DNA of 63,570 nucleotides, filler included, from Octopus bimaculoides (GCF_001194135.2; 6 parts of 5 records of this genome joined end to end with filler, not necessarily neighbours in it); one strand, 5' to 3'. Positions 13,953 to 26,905 are shown, counted from the first letter of the whole stretch. The notes: generated by a model not told the origin, from the sequence alone. Numbers and translations: made by a program.

Positions 13953-14671
13953 NNNNNNNNNNNNNNNNNNNNNNNNNNNNNNNNNNNNNNNNNNNNNNNN
14001 NNNNNNNNNNNNNNNNNNNNNNNNNNNNNNNNNNNNNNNNNNNNNNNNNNNNNNNNNNNNNNNNNNNNNNNNNNNNNNNNNNNNNNNNNNNNNNNNNNNN
14101 NNNNNNNNNNNNNNNNNNNNNNNNNNNNNNNNNNNNNNNNNNNNNNNNNNNNNNNNNNNNNNNNNNNNNNNNNNNNNNTATATATATATATATGTTGATT
14201 GCATTGAACAAGAAAGCAGTAGACACCCATTGTTGTATAGAGTGTGTAGAGTGTGACCTTATCAGGTATAACTATGCTTTTCAGAATATATTGCATACCT
14301 GAATCACACAAATATGCTGTCATTAGGTCATAGTATATCTTGCGTTTTTCAGGTTATCAGTAAAACTATTATTAATAATAAAAAAAAAAAAATCCGGTAT
14401 TCTAGGAATTCGCACAGCATGATACTTAGTGCTGTTGGTTTTTCATGATTTGTTGGGTTTTGCACGTATTAATATTTGGAGTTGAGACTGCGATTCATTT
14501 TTTATTTATTCTTTCGTAACTGGAGAAAGGCGTTATTGTTACATTATCGAACTTCTTCTTTTAGAAGTTATATTTAGTGAAAACGAGACCGATATTTATA
14601 TTCTTTTTTGTTGTGGACCCTGACCTGTAATTTACCAAAATAGCCAGTAGCTATATTTTGTTTTGTTACAG

Positions 14672-14699
14672 GTGCAGTGTTAAAGGTGTAGTACATACG
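14672..14699 (+). CDS. Candidate 28-nt micro-exon (WCSVKGVVHT if joined to 512-682)
   Basis: Strong acceptor tattttgttttgttacAG and donor G|GTGAGT; phase-compatible with 512-682. Confidence 0.25.
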
Positions 14700-14865
14700 G
14701 TGAGTAAGAGACTGACCTAAAAGCTTTTATACATATAATTTTAGAGTATTGTTAGCTACAAATATCTTTTGCTCTTGTTTCGCGTCGTAAACTACTTTTT
14801 TTATTTCGAAAACTTCACTCTTCTTCAGCGTTTGTGCCACATGGAAAACATTTATTAAATTTTTT

Positions 14866-15220
14866 TTTTCAGTCATTTGACTGCGGCCATGCTAGAGCAC
14901 CGCTTTGAAGAACTTTCAGTCGAACGAATTGACCTCAGGACTTATTTTTTAAAGCCTAGTACTTATTCTCTCGGATTCTTTTGCCAAACCACTAAGGTAC
15001 GGGGACGTAAACACACCAATACACATTGACAAGCAGTGATAGAGGACAAACACAGACACAAAGATACACATAGATATATGCATGTATACAACGGGCTTCT
15101 TTCAGTTTCCATTTACTAAATCCACTCACAAATCTTTGGTCGGGACGCGGCTACAGTAGAAAAAACTTGCCTAAGGTACCATGCAGTGTGACTGATTCTG
15201 GAACCATGAGATTGGAAGGC
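14866..15220 (-). mobile_element. SINE family B, near full length
   Basis: Tail cagtcatttgactgcggccatgc, body gggcttctttcagtttcc...aaatccactcacaa, and a decayed tRNA-like head near 15200. Confidence 0.85.
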
Positions 15221-16332
15221 ATTCATAAAATTTGATTGAACTTCTAATTTAAACTTGTCACTGAATCGTGTAAGGAGTCTCTACGTTTGTTTATGTAGAT
15301 AAGTTGTTGCTGTTGCTTTGCTCCGAATCGGCGATTATAATCATTCTCACATATTCAGCAAGTCTATGATCATATGCATTCTCATAGTGGCTATCCGTCT
15401 TATTTCTTTCTTTAAAAATTGTGGACCCCAAACTATAATGTCCAATATATCTTTTTTTTTGTGTGTGTGTGTGTGTGTAAAATGGTACGGTAAGATAGTT
15501 AATTACTATTTCTAATACGTCTAGCAACCACGTTGGCGCTTCTTCGTAGTATGCATCAAAGTAAACAGTGCGGGTATAACAACTCCTTTATTTATACTTA
15601 GAAAGAGCAAACAATTAAATGCACCCTTCTTTACGGATGAATCATCTACCGTATTATTCTGTTTGTCACGACATGTGTTCAGGTGATACGCTTATAATGA
15701 CCTCAGCTATGGAATGGGATTGAAGACCGAAACATTTAACATAATGAAAAATAATTTTAAGAACTTTAAATTTAGACATAAAAAAAAAAGCATTTATTAA
15801 AAAAAAATGTTCTACGGTTCCTACAAGTGGAAATTATTTTGCAACTTTATAGTGGAGGCATTTGATTTGGCTTTAGAGAAGTACTCTCTTTGTATTCCCT
15901 TCGGTCAGTTCCGATGACATTGTCCCCCTCTCGCCTTCCCCATCTATCTATCTATCTATCTATCTATCTAGCCCCCCCTCTCTCTCTATCTATCTATCTA
16001 TTCTAATTTATAATTATTCACACTTTTAGAGTTAATTCCCGTGATAAGTGGCTATAAAATTAACTGTGATATGCAGTGAAGTACAACTGTTACTTTATGC
16101 CAGTAATCTAGTTTAACAAGAAGGGACAGCAGGCGCTTTGTTGTATGATTGGTAAAGCAGTCGCCCGGAATGGGATAAATGAGATATATACCTCGTCACA
16201 GAGGTTTGTTCTTTTTACTCTTAGCTTTTGTAAAAGCCTTATATAACGTTCATACATACATGTATATACACCCATATATACATACACGACGGCTGTCGAC
16301 TATTATTGAAAAATTATCTTATCCTAGATATT

Positions 16333-16545
16333 GATTTCAAATATTGGCACCAGGCCAGCAATTTCAGAGAAGGGAGCAAGTCGATTATATCGACCGCAGT
16401 ACTTAACTACTACTATTTTATCGACTCCTAAAGGATTAAAGGCCAAGTGGACCTCGTCGGAATTTGAACTCAGAATGTGAAGTCGGACAAAATGCTACTA
16501 AGAATTTCGCCCGGCGTGCGAACGATTCTGCCAGCTCTCCGCCTC
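16333..16545 (-). mobile_element. Full-length SINE family A with 17-bp target-site duplication
   Basis: ATCTTATCCTAGATATT at 16316-16332 and 16546-16562; head aggcggagagctggcagaatcgtt on the minus strand. Confidence 0.9.
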
Positions 16546-16910
16546 ATCTTATCCTAGATATTTAAAAACTGACTGTCAGTAATGTCCAAACTGAAATTTA
16601 AAGTCAATAACAGCTTGCACGATACTGCTAAGACTCTCGTCTTACAGAGCCAAATTGTCCAGAAACAAGCAAGAGCAAGATCTCCAGTTTTGCAATGAAG
16701 TAGGTGTTATTTCAGAATTTCTTTCTCGCAGGAAGAAATCGAAACAAAGACTACGGTGTCTCTCACTCTCAACTATTGGACGACGTTGATTCTACTGAGT
16801 TCATTTGTTTTTGGACAGGTCTTGCTTCGCATCCTGCTGGATGTCTAACGAAAACCACCCTCGTTACTAATCAAGCTCGATAGGGTTGTCGGTTCAGTTA
16901 CCATACATAC

Positions 16911-17298
16911 ATTGTTGTTGGCACTCCACCGCTTACGACGTCGAGGGTCCCAGTTGATCCGATCAACGAAACAGCCTGCTCGTGAAATTAATGTGCAAGT
17001 GGCTGAGCACTCCACAGACACGTGTACCCGTAACGTAGTTCTCGGGGATATTCAGCGTGACACAGTGTGACAAGGCTGACCCTTTGAATTACATGCACAA
17101 CAGAAACAGAAATTAAGAGTGAGGAGAAAGTTGTGGTGAAAAAGTACAGCAGGGTTCGCCCCCCCCCCCTGCCGGAGCCTCGTGGAGCTATAGGTGTTTT
17201 CGCTCAATAAACACTCACAACGCCCGGTCTGGGAATCGAAACTGCGATCCTATGACTACGAGTCCGCTGCCCTAACCACTGGGCCATTGCGCCTCCAC
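16911..17298 (-). mobile_element. Full-length tRNA-derived SINE family C
   Basis: Minus-strand head gtggaggcgcaatggcccagtggttagggcagcggactc...gtttcgattccc with A and B boxes, and a (caa)n tail. Confidence 0.9.
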
Positions 17299-17350
17299 CA
17301 TACATACATACATACATACATACATACATACATACATACATACATACATA

Positions 17351-17960
17351 CGAACAGAATCGGGAAATATCAGCCAAATACCAGAACAGGAAATATCAAC
17401 CAAACACCTGATATGCAAAAAGGACGGAAACGCAAGAGAACCACCAAAATGTGATAAACAATGCAAGCTTTGTGTAATTAACAACGAAGATGTCAGCCAC
17501 ACTATGAGCAGTTGTCCAAAAGTGTCATTGCGGTATTGAGATATGACGTAGCCAAGGCTTGTATAATGAAATCCGTCCGAACGATAACTCTGAAGTCAGA
17601 GAATTAGGGAGCCACAGTACGGTTGAGGCTGTAGTCACTCATAATAAGAAAAGGTACTGGTGGAATGTCCCGGTGAAAGCCTCAATAAAACGTAAAAATA
17701 ATATACCTGACGTATTGATTTGGGATACAGAAGAGAAACTGTGTATAGTAGTAGAAGTCAGTATATGTTAATATAAAGCCAAAGATCAGTGAAAAAGAAA
17801 ATTCCTACGTTGAACTATCGAGAAACCTACAGTTACTCTACTCAGATTACAAGTTCAGGTTTATACCAGTAATTATTGGGGTACTGATTAGACATGCATG
17901 AGAACGCATACATGAAACAAAATATAAAAATGTGCACATGCACTGACTCCAAATACTGCA
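17351..17960 (+). mobile_element. 5'-truncated non-LTR retrotransposon of the restriction-like endonuclease class (zinc knuckle + PD..D)
   Basis: Disrupted frames give CKLCVINNEDVSHTMSSCP, WWNVPV, NNIPDVLIWD..IVVEVS and KFRFIPVIIG. Confidence 0.8.
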
Positions 17961-19089
17961 CACATACATACATACATACATACATACATACATACATACA
18001 TACATACATACAAAAATACCCTGTTGATGTTGAAATTCCATTGAAGGAGCCTTAGATCTAGGATAGAAACCGGCTCTTTCTCTGTTGATAAGAAATTTTG
18101 AAATAAAACTGAATAATGACATACATACATACATACATACGTATATACATACATGCTTGCATACATGCACACGTGCATAAAATTCATGTTGCAACGTTTT
18201 TTGAAATGTAAGGTTTTTAAAAAAATAAACATGCAATTTTAATCTCTCTGGTAAAATACAGACAGTGATTATACTCTAGGTTATATCTCAAAGCGGGTAG
18301 AAAAAAGTGGATTGTCTGATTAGCTTATAGACTTATTAGACCTTCACCAGTAGCCATCTTCTAACCACACAGTGTTTATTTTTAAGTAATAATTATACCA
18401 AAGCACAAGGTTCAGCACGATATTACAGTGCATATTGTGACAGTAGCCAGCCACATATGCAGCACAACTTGTGTTACCCTGCAATTTTTGTTGCTATTTC
18501 TTTGATTGAATATCTTTCAGCCTTGCATTTTATATTATAATTTTGACAAAGTATCTGACTACCTGTGAACACAAAACCGCAACTTCGAAGTGCTTCGACG
18601 ACGAATGTATGTGATGAATATGATGTTAATAAGCAAATACTTTCAAACATACGCAAGGCTAAGCATAAGATTGCTGCTTTTTCCTTGAAAATCAACGCAA
18701 ACTCAATATCACTTTTATGTGCAAGGAAGCATATGTGAGTCGCAAAATGAATAAATCTTGTGAACGCAATAATGAAATGTCTTATCTATTTACGTTCCCC
18801 CGGCAACAACGTTTGCGATGCAGAAATTGAAAGTGCTACAGCCAAATTAGCAAAAGTAACAAGAATTTTGAATCTTGTGGTTTAGAAATTACCAGAGAAT
18901 GGGTAATAAAATTATTCAGCTATTTCAGGAAAAGTTTAAATGACTTAACCAAGTGAAAAAAGTTCTTAACTTACTTTCCAAGAGGGATGAAGCTGGATTG
19001 CGTTGGTAGTAACTAAAAGTGCAATACCTAAATCTTTGAGAATGAGTCCTACACACCTTAAGGAATTTTTTCTATTTTCAGTTGAAAAA

Positions 19090-20930
19090 AAGCAAACGCT
19101 ATGCACCTTTCAAAGTTAGCGGTAGTGGAAATGATCAAAAGTCATCCAAGATCGGGTACAGATTTTTCTTCAAGGAATCCCATCACTACTGTTGCAAACG
19201 TGGATGAATCTTCCGTGCCCATCACCGTCCTTTTATTTCAAGGAAATATTAATCATCAAAGAAGTAGTTGTTTTCCAGCACCAATCGTAATTTTAAAAAA
19301 ATCTCTCCTGAAATCGGGTGGGTGCTTATCTAGCCAAAGTTCTACTGCTTTCAGTCGTAATTCATGGGGGGATATTTGTGTAAATGCTGATCACGCCGAA
19401 ACTAACTAGAATCCTGTCTATATTTACTCTTCCTGGGACGTAGTTTAGAAAGTCCATGTAATCTCTGATGAAATTAAGAACCAATTTACACGTGGTTTCA
19501 AGCTTATGTCCAGTTAAAAGAAATCTGACAAAGGTTCTTGGATGACTGCTTCATATTTTGAAACAAAAGTAAGAAAAACTTACAAAATTCCGGAAATTAA
19601 TAAATGGCAATAATAAATCGATTCAATTCACTCTGGAAATGAATGAAAGAAACTTCCATATTTAGACATTTTGACAATTAAGAAAAACGGGACCTTTACA
19701 ACTAATCTCTATTGCAATGACACGTATGTATACCTGTACTTTGATTTCTAGATCTTGCCACCTATCTCATGTTAAAAAAAATCTCTATTAGTATGACAAG
19801 ACATATATGATCAAAAGTTATGAGTTCAAGCAGACGAGAGAAACGACTGGTAGACCTAAAATTATTATTTCAAAAACGAAAATACGTCCAAAAGTCTTTG
19901 TAAATCATGTCATATTCAAGGCAAAGGAGATCCCAATCTCGAACTTATGGAGAAATCCTCACAATAAGGGTGAAGACAAAAACAAAAACATAAATATTCC
20001 GCTTGTAGTCACATAATTTTGAAGCCATAACGTCTTTCATTCGGTCAAATGATACCTTCCAGTTGTACCCCAATTCATCAAGTCTCAGAAAAGTAATTAA
20101 AGAATCGCAAATTATCGCAAATTATCGCAAATTATCGCAAATTATCAACAACCAAAGACAACCATCGATCTTAAAAGACTTCAGAAAGTTGAAATTCACA
20201 ATAGAAGAAGAGATAATACCTGTGATAAAATGTAGAAATTTCCGTTGTTAGACGTGTGACTTAAATGGATAGAGTAAAAACCGCAAAATTCAAGAATGGA
20301 AAAGGAGTGAAGGTTAACGCAAATATGAATTGAAAAACAAAATATTTCATTTAATGCATCACATACCCACAATGCAGTGAAAATTACATTGGCCAAACAG
20401 GACAAAAATTAATATATCGAGTTAGAGTACTTCAGTAACAATCAGACCTTCATTTGTTTTACGAAAGATAAAAAAAGAATTCATAAGAATTTTACTGCCA
20501 AAACAATACCAGAAATAGTCGACTCAGCTACTTAAAACAATTGCCATTATACAGATTCCTTTAGAACACGTGTTTGAAAAGCTGAAAGTAGCGAAAAGCG
20601 CTTAAAACAATACGAAAACTTCCTTACAAAACTTTTGTCATTGTTTTTTAAAGATTTTTCGTATCTTTCATCTTTTACTTGTTTCTGACACTGGACTGCG
20701 GCTATTCCAGGGCACGGCTTTGAAGGGTTTAATCAAGCAAATGAATTCCAGTACTTTGTTAAACTCTGCTACTTATTCTTCTGCTACTTATATATATACA
20801 TTATATACATATATACGCTTGTGACCGCGTGTGTATCATTGGCGATTTCCTTTCTCCATTTTCCCTTCTTTGGACTTTTTATATATTTCTGATGAAGAGC
20901 TTCGCTCGAAAAGTGAAATCCTCTTTCTTT
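19090..20930 (+). mobile_element. Decayed Penelope-like element (RT + GIY-YIG) with an inverted 5' RT segment
   Basis: Plus strand: RFLDDCFIF (about 19535), LPYLDILTIKKNG, SCHLSHVK, and GIY-YIG CITYPQCSENYIGQTG (about 20360-20400). Minus strand 19090-19515: FIRDYMDFLNYVP..ILVSFGVISIYTNIPHEL and a GTxMGT-like motif. Confidence 0.85.
20885..20921 (+). ncRNA. Degenerate minimal hammerhead ribozyme motif at the Penelope 3' end
   Basis: ttt-CTGATGA-a-GAGC-ttc-GCTC-GAAA-agt-g-aaat. Stem II is perfect, but stem III and the cleavage triplet are mutated. Confidence 0.5.
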
Positions 20931-21299
20931 TCTTTCCTTTCCTGAGCGCCCACGTTTTTTCGTATTTTTTCTTGTTTTTTCTTGCTTGTTCATGTTTGGA
21001 TTGACTATATANNNNNNNNNNNNNNNNNNNNNNNNNNNNNNNNNNNNNNNNNNNNNNNNNNNNNNNNNNNNNNNNNNNNNNNNNNNNNNNNNNNNNNNNN
21101 NNNNNNNNNNNNNNNNNNNNNNNNNNNNNNNNNNNNNNNNNNNNNNNNNNNNNNNNNNNNNNNNNNNNNNNNNNNNNNNNNNNNNNNNNNNNNNNNNNNN
21201 NNNNNNNNNNNNNNNNNNNNNNNNNNNNNNNNNNNNNNNNNNNNNNNNNNNNNNNNNNNNNNNNNNNNNNNNNNNNNNNNNNNNNNNNNNNNNNNNNNN

Positions 21300-21349
<50 letters not shown>

Positions 21350-22357
21350 TGGGGGAAGGAAGAGGAGAAAAAGAGAAAAAATATGAAAAAAGAGAGTTTG
21401 GAAAGTAGTTGGCGACGAAAAAAGATTGAAAATAAGAAGCATTTTGTTTCTTCTTCTGTTTCCTAAAGCTAATGGTTACTGACCTATTCAGAACTATTCA
21501 TCTTGTCTTGAATCTATTACATAATTATTCTTGAACCTAACTCTAGCTTATAAAATGAAAATGATGCAATAAAAAATTATAGAAAAGAGTTACTTCTGAG
21601 TCTTAAAGACTCATAGGATCAGCGACCTATATCTCACCCCTACCACTATCACCGGAATAGTAGGACACTGGTAAGCTAACGAGAGAGCTTTTCTACACGG
21701 TCGGTTGACCTGCTAGAAATAACGAACAAATCTCCCTCAAATCGCTTGTACTCTATTCTCAATTCTCAAAACGTGAAGGATAACGCAGCTTTAGATATGC
21801 AAAATAATACATATGGTCCTAGACGGAATAGTTTTGCATATGAATCTCTTAAATCAGAGCAGATCTAAGTCTAAGAAATAATTGATCTTTTGCAGGTGGC
21901 TATTTCTACATAGTATTATCTGAAATCAGTACTGCTATCCAATTAAGCCCTATACATATTCATCGTCGCAGTATACAAGCTTGAAGCATTCAATGATATC
22001 ATGGGTTGCATGTTTGCAGCTGGTGTCAATGGCCAAAATATAAAACCAATGAGGCTTGTATTTCTCAATCATTGACACACTATACAGAACAAGTGATAAG
22101 AAGCTAAATACTGGCATAGAGATTATACAACCAGTGTTCTATCGATTTGTTCACATATGACACCTTTAATCCAGAAATGACACATATGACACCTTTAATC
22201 CAGGAAGGAATTGGTAATAGTGTTGGTTTAATATTTAAGCAATTACCATACTGTGCCAAAGTTTCCAAGTTTTACTGGAACTACTTAAAGTTTAAACAGA
22301 TACAGCACTTAGCGTTCTTTTCCCGAATTCTGTCAGAAATTTTCTGTGAATTCAACT

Positions 22358-22535
22358 GGCGGCGAACTGGCAGATTCGATACCACGCAGCATTTCGTCCG
22401 TCTTCACGTTCTGAGGTTCAAATTCAACCATTCGGGGTTGATAAAATAAGTACCAGTTTGAGCACCGGAGTCGATGTAGTCAATTCACACACTCTCCCGA
22501 ACATGTTGGTCTTGTGCCAAAAATTTGAAACCATT
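22358..22535 (+). mobile_element. SINE family A, internally shortened
   Basis: ggcggcgaactggcaga...ttcacgttctgaggttcaaatt...ttcggggttgataaaataagtaccag. Confidence 0.75.
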
Positions 22536-22661
22536 ACTACTAATCTTTAAAGATTTTTTCTAATCTCTCAAAACAAAGGCTGGTTAAGAAGCAGTAAGAA
22601 ACAAATACAAAAACGAAAATGCATACAAACACGTGCACAATACATACATATACATACATAT

Positions 22662-22758
<97 letters not shown>

Positions 22759-22799
22759 TACACACACATATACGCATACATGTATGTATGTATGTATGT

Positions 22800-23010
22800 A
22801 TGTTTGTGTATGTTTTGTGTCTGTGTTTATCCCCCCGCTAATCGCTTGACAACCGGTGTTGGTGTGTTTGTGTCCTTGGAACTTAACGGTTCGACAAAAG
22901 AGACTAGTAAAATAAATACCAGCCTGAAAGAAATATAAGTACTGGGGTCGATTCATTCAAGGCGGCGCTCAAGCATGACCGCAGTCAAATGACTAAAACA
23001 AATAAAAGAT
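22800..23010 (+). mobile_element. SINE family B, 3' half
   Basis: cgcttgacaaccggtgttggtgtgttt...gcatgaccgcagtcaaatgactaaaacaaataaaaga. Confidence 0.75.
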
Positions 23011-23033
23011 AAAAGATATATATGAAGTATGTA

Positions 23034-24200
23034 CGAGGTGCCTTCCAGACGTTTTGAGACTTTTTCAAGAGGGACAATTTCAAAAAAGTACAAAACTCTA
23101 ATCTCCTTCAAAGTTGGATCCTTTGACTTCAATACACTTGTTGTAGTGCTTCAGCCATTTGTGAAGGTCCCATGTTAGTCCCCCAAAGTTAGTGGGTTCA
23201 GCACCCTTGTTATTGTTTCCTTCATTTTCACAATGTTTCCAGGACGACTGCTCCCGAGGTTCTCCCTCAGCTTGGGGAACAACCAAAAGTCACAAGGAGT
23301 AAAGTCTGGAATGCAGGGAGGGTGAGGGGCAGTTTTGGTGTTCATCACCATCAAGTAGTTGGTTACTAGGGCGGAATTGTAGACTGGTACATTGTCCTGG
23401 TGCAGATGCCGCCGACCCGAGTGGAAGATCTTACGACGACGAAATCTCTTCCTGAACTCGCTCAGAACCTCCTCAACGTAGTCTTTGTAGATCATCAGGC
23501 CAGAGGGAATCTAGTGGATGTAGATGATGCTTTTGTTGTCAAAAAAGGGGGTCGTCATGAGCCTTACGATGAGCTTGTTTTGTCTGGCCTTCTTGGGTCT
23601 GGGGGGAGTCAGAATGCTTCCATTAGGCACTCTGTCTCTTGGTCTCTGGATCATTGCAATAGATCTAGCTTTCGACAGAGGTCACCAGAGAGCCAATTAC
23701 TCTTGGACCAGAGATAATGAGCCCAATCATCTCTCTGCTGTAATCGACACGTCTTTCCTTCTGGTCGTAATTGAACACCCTGAGCACAAACATTGTACTC
23801 ATTTTGCACATGTTCAGATCTTCATGAATAATTCTGTGTACAGTTCTCACACCAACTCCAAACTGTATGCTTATTGCCTTATAGACATTGAATTCTCTCA
23901 ACCAGCTTTGATACTGTGACGTCCCTCTCCCTCCCACAGCTCTCATCATCTCTCACCAATCTATTGTGCAAGAAAGATGCTCGGCTCATAATCGATAAGC
24001 TGAGTGGAGCATTTCATAAGTTTTTATTACGTTCTTACCTAGTTTACCATAAAACTTTATTGCACAGTAATCTTTCAAAATGTCCGCTCGTTCCGACTGC
24101 ATTCTGCAAACTAGTTAGCTGTGACAAGCAGCTTTTATTAGGGTGTGTTCAAAATGTTGTTACAGGTGCCTCCTTCACTTACAGCAAAAGTTGGCAGGTC
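23034..24200 (-). mobile_element. Near full-length mariner transposase pseudogene
   Basis: Minus frames give RTVHRIIHEDLNMCKMS, HLHQDNVP, HPPCIPDFTPCDFWLFPKL and KCIEVKGSNFEGD*. TA-flanked end tacgaggtg at 23032. The other end is approximate. Confidence 0.9.
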
Positions 24201-24917
24201 AGCTTATTAGATATCTTGCAATAGTATACTAAATTTGCAATAATTTAAGACAGTTATAACTGTCTCCCTTTAACAGTCTCAAAACCTCTGGAATGCACCT
24301 CATATGAAATTTATAAAAATTCTTCTTTCCCTTAGATAGCTGGTCAATAACGTGACAAGCTTTTGTTAAAGTCAAGACAAAATGTATGTATATATATGTA
24401 TAAGCACTCATATGTATGTATGTATGTATGTATGTATATGTGTATGTATGTTTACATACATGTGTGTATGTGTGGCAGCTGGAGACAATAGATACCGATA
24501 AAAATAATTATATATATTAAAATGACAGTAAAAGTCATTAATTCTATCGATAGATAAAGAGAAAAGAAATTACGAAGTATTGCAAAAAATAATAAATGAG
24601 AAAAAGGGGAAAGAGCAAACAGCAAAAAGAAAAGCAAACAAAAAAAAAAGCCAATTATCCTCCTGCCCAACCCTCACAGTCCATAAGAACTAACCAATAA
24701 TTGATTTTCAACAGATGGAAAGGAAAAATGCAGGAGGTCCTAATTCTGGACATTTTCTCGTAGATAATTACAAAATAACCAAAAGGGAATATAATACTGT
24801 ATATGTGTGCTTGCAATCGCTACCCTAACCCTTACACTATATATACACGTGCATGATTTCAGATCGCAGATCAAGTCACTTGCCAAAGAAGCATGAATCC
24901 AAAATATAATATAAAAA

Positions 24918-24993
<76 letters not shown>

Positions 24994-25113
24994 NNNNNNN
25001 NNNNNNNNNNNNNNNNNNNNNNNNNNNNNNNNNNNNNTTAATTAATTAANNNNNNNNNNNNNNNNNNNNNNNNNNNNNNNNNNNNNNNNNNNNTTATTAT
25101 TATTATTATTATT

Positions 25114-25259
25114 TTATGTTTGACTTTTGTTTTGCATTTGTACAAGTTGGATCCAAGTCTCACTCAGAGACCTCAAGAGACAACAAGTTAGAAGTTCATG
25201 TAGGTGTTATGCCTAGGGTACCATATATTTGGATTTGTACAGTTTTGTTCTAGTGAATG

Positions 25260-25261
<2 letters not shown>
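25114..25261 (-). mobile_element. Probable LINE 3'-end fragment embedded in (TAA)n
   Basis: About 150 bp of non-microsatellite sequence with (TTA)n on both sides; resembles an R4-type 3' UTR from recall. Confidence 0.5.
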
Positions 25262-25328
<67 letters not shown>

Positions 25329-25705
25329 CACTATCATCGTTATTGATTGCAGATTGTTTTCAAACATTTCACTTCCTTCTAAATTTTGATGACATTTCGC
25401 TTCACAGTGTCTCGCACGTAGTTACAACAAGCTTCCAAAATTATGTAACAACAACGGAAGATTAAAATGACCGTTTAAAAGTGTAAAGAAACTTGACTTC
25501 AAATAATTTAACTATTATTTTCAGTCATAGCGCCAACGACCGCACACATATACGTTAGTAGACAACGCATACTGAAAAACTAGCAGAGACTTGTTGAAGC
25601 GAAAATCAGAGTAGGAAAGCTTGGTTCCTAGATTAAAATCACTCCCAATTTTAGGAATGGTACTGAAAGTTGTCTTGTATCGGATCCTTGAACAGAAGCT
25701 GTACC

Positions 25706-25777
<72 letters not shown>

Positions 25778-25864
25778 GTTTGTTGTTGCTATTGTCATTG
25801 TTATTGTTTTGTCGTTATGGAGATATCAACACCACCGCCATAACCACGATATAATAATAGTAAT

Positions 25865-26065
25865 AATATTTTTTTCTACTATAGGGAGAAGGACCGATTT
25901 TCTGGGGATGGGTACAGCCGATTACATTTACCCCAGTATTCACATGGTACGTATTTAATCTACTCCGAAAGAATTAATGTCAGAGTAGACTTCGGCGGAA
26001 TTTGAACTCAGAACGAGAGACGGGCGAAATACCTCTAACCATTTCACCCAGCGTGATAACGATTT
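25865..26065 (-). mobile_element. SINE family A
   Basis: gacttcggcggaatttgaactcagaacg...cgaaatacc...gataacgatt. Confidence 0.75.
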
Positions 26066-26079
26066 TAGTAATAATAATG

Positions 26080-26139
<60 letters not shown>

Positions 26140-26140
<1 letters not shown>

Positions 26141-26830
26141 GCAAGACCAAACTTGGACCAGGAACTGGAGGTTTTAACATTGGGAACGAACAAGTATCTC
26201 AGCTGAGCTGCATCTGTAATAATGTGGATGGCCTAGACTTGCTCAAAACCGCTACAAGTTGTGACGACATGATGAGGTTGCGAAAGTGCAACACTGGAAA
26301 CTGTGCAAAAAGTGTTGCCTAGACAGAGGCAAAACGTAGCATGTGCACAAACCGCAGATAGTGGCGGAACCGGAGACTAGTAAAATTCTCTGGGATTTCC
26401 CAATCCAAACAGATCAGGTACTAGAGCATAACAGACAGGTTGTGTTGGTGGTGGACAAGAGGCACCCCATGTGCAATATAGTTGATATTGCGTGCGCTTT
26501 GACCCACGAATAGTCAAGAAGGAAGGCAATAAATACAACCCTCTTAAGTAAGAAAGAGCCCGGGTATGGAAAATGAAGAAGGTGAAGACAGTGCCAATTA
26601 TTGTTTGGTACTTGGGGACAGTATCAGAAAGCATCAAGAGGAATGTAAAGGGAATTCGAAAAAAGTGCCCAGTAGAACTGTTACAAAAAGTTCGCTTCCT
26701 TGGCACGGTCAGAAAAATCAGGAAAGTATGAGAATGCTGATAAGATGGGATAGCATGGTACCATAGGCTGAAAGTAGCAAGCTCGCAACACATGCAAGAC
26801 TCCAGGAGTTCCAACAAAAACTGTGATGAT
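26140..26830 (+). mobile_element. 5'-truncated R4/Dong-like LINE (RLE domain) between (TAA)n arrays
   Basis: Frames give KILWDFPIQTDQVLEHNR..VVDK..IVDIAC and VWKMKKVKTVPIIV..LGTV..VELLQKV.FLGTVRKIRKV*. (TAA)n at about 26070-26139 and 26831-26961. Confidence 0.85.
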
Positions 26831-26834
26831 TATG

Positions 26835-26904
<70 letters not shown>

Positions 26905-26905
26905 C

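Noticed and set aside
17225-17298. tRNA-like sequences with A and B boxes (also 30850-30910, 42141, 51843, 63200-63262)
   Set aside because: They continue into SINE bodies and lack a full cloverleaf, so they are SINE heads and not tRNA genes.
22540-22956. IYIY, HTHT, YLSI and MYVC ORFs throughout the window
   Set aside because: These are translations of di- and tetranucleotide microsatellites.
25038-25049. TTAATTAATTAA island inside N runs (also 34943, 39885, 52507, 60928)
   Set aside because: An identical 12-mer centred in 100-base gaps, with stops in all six frames, is a scaffolding spacer rather than biology.
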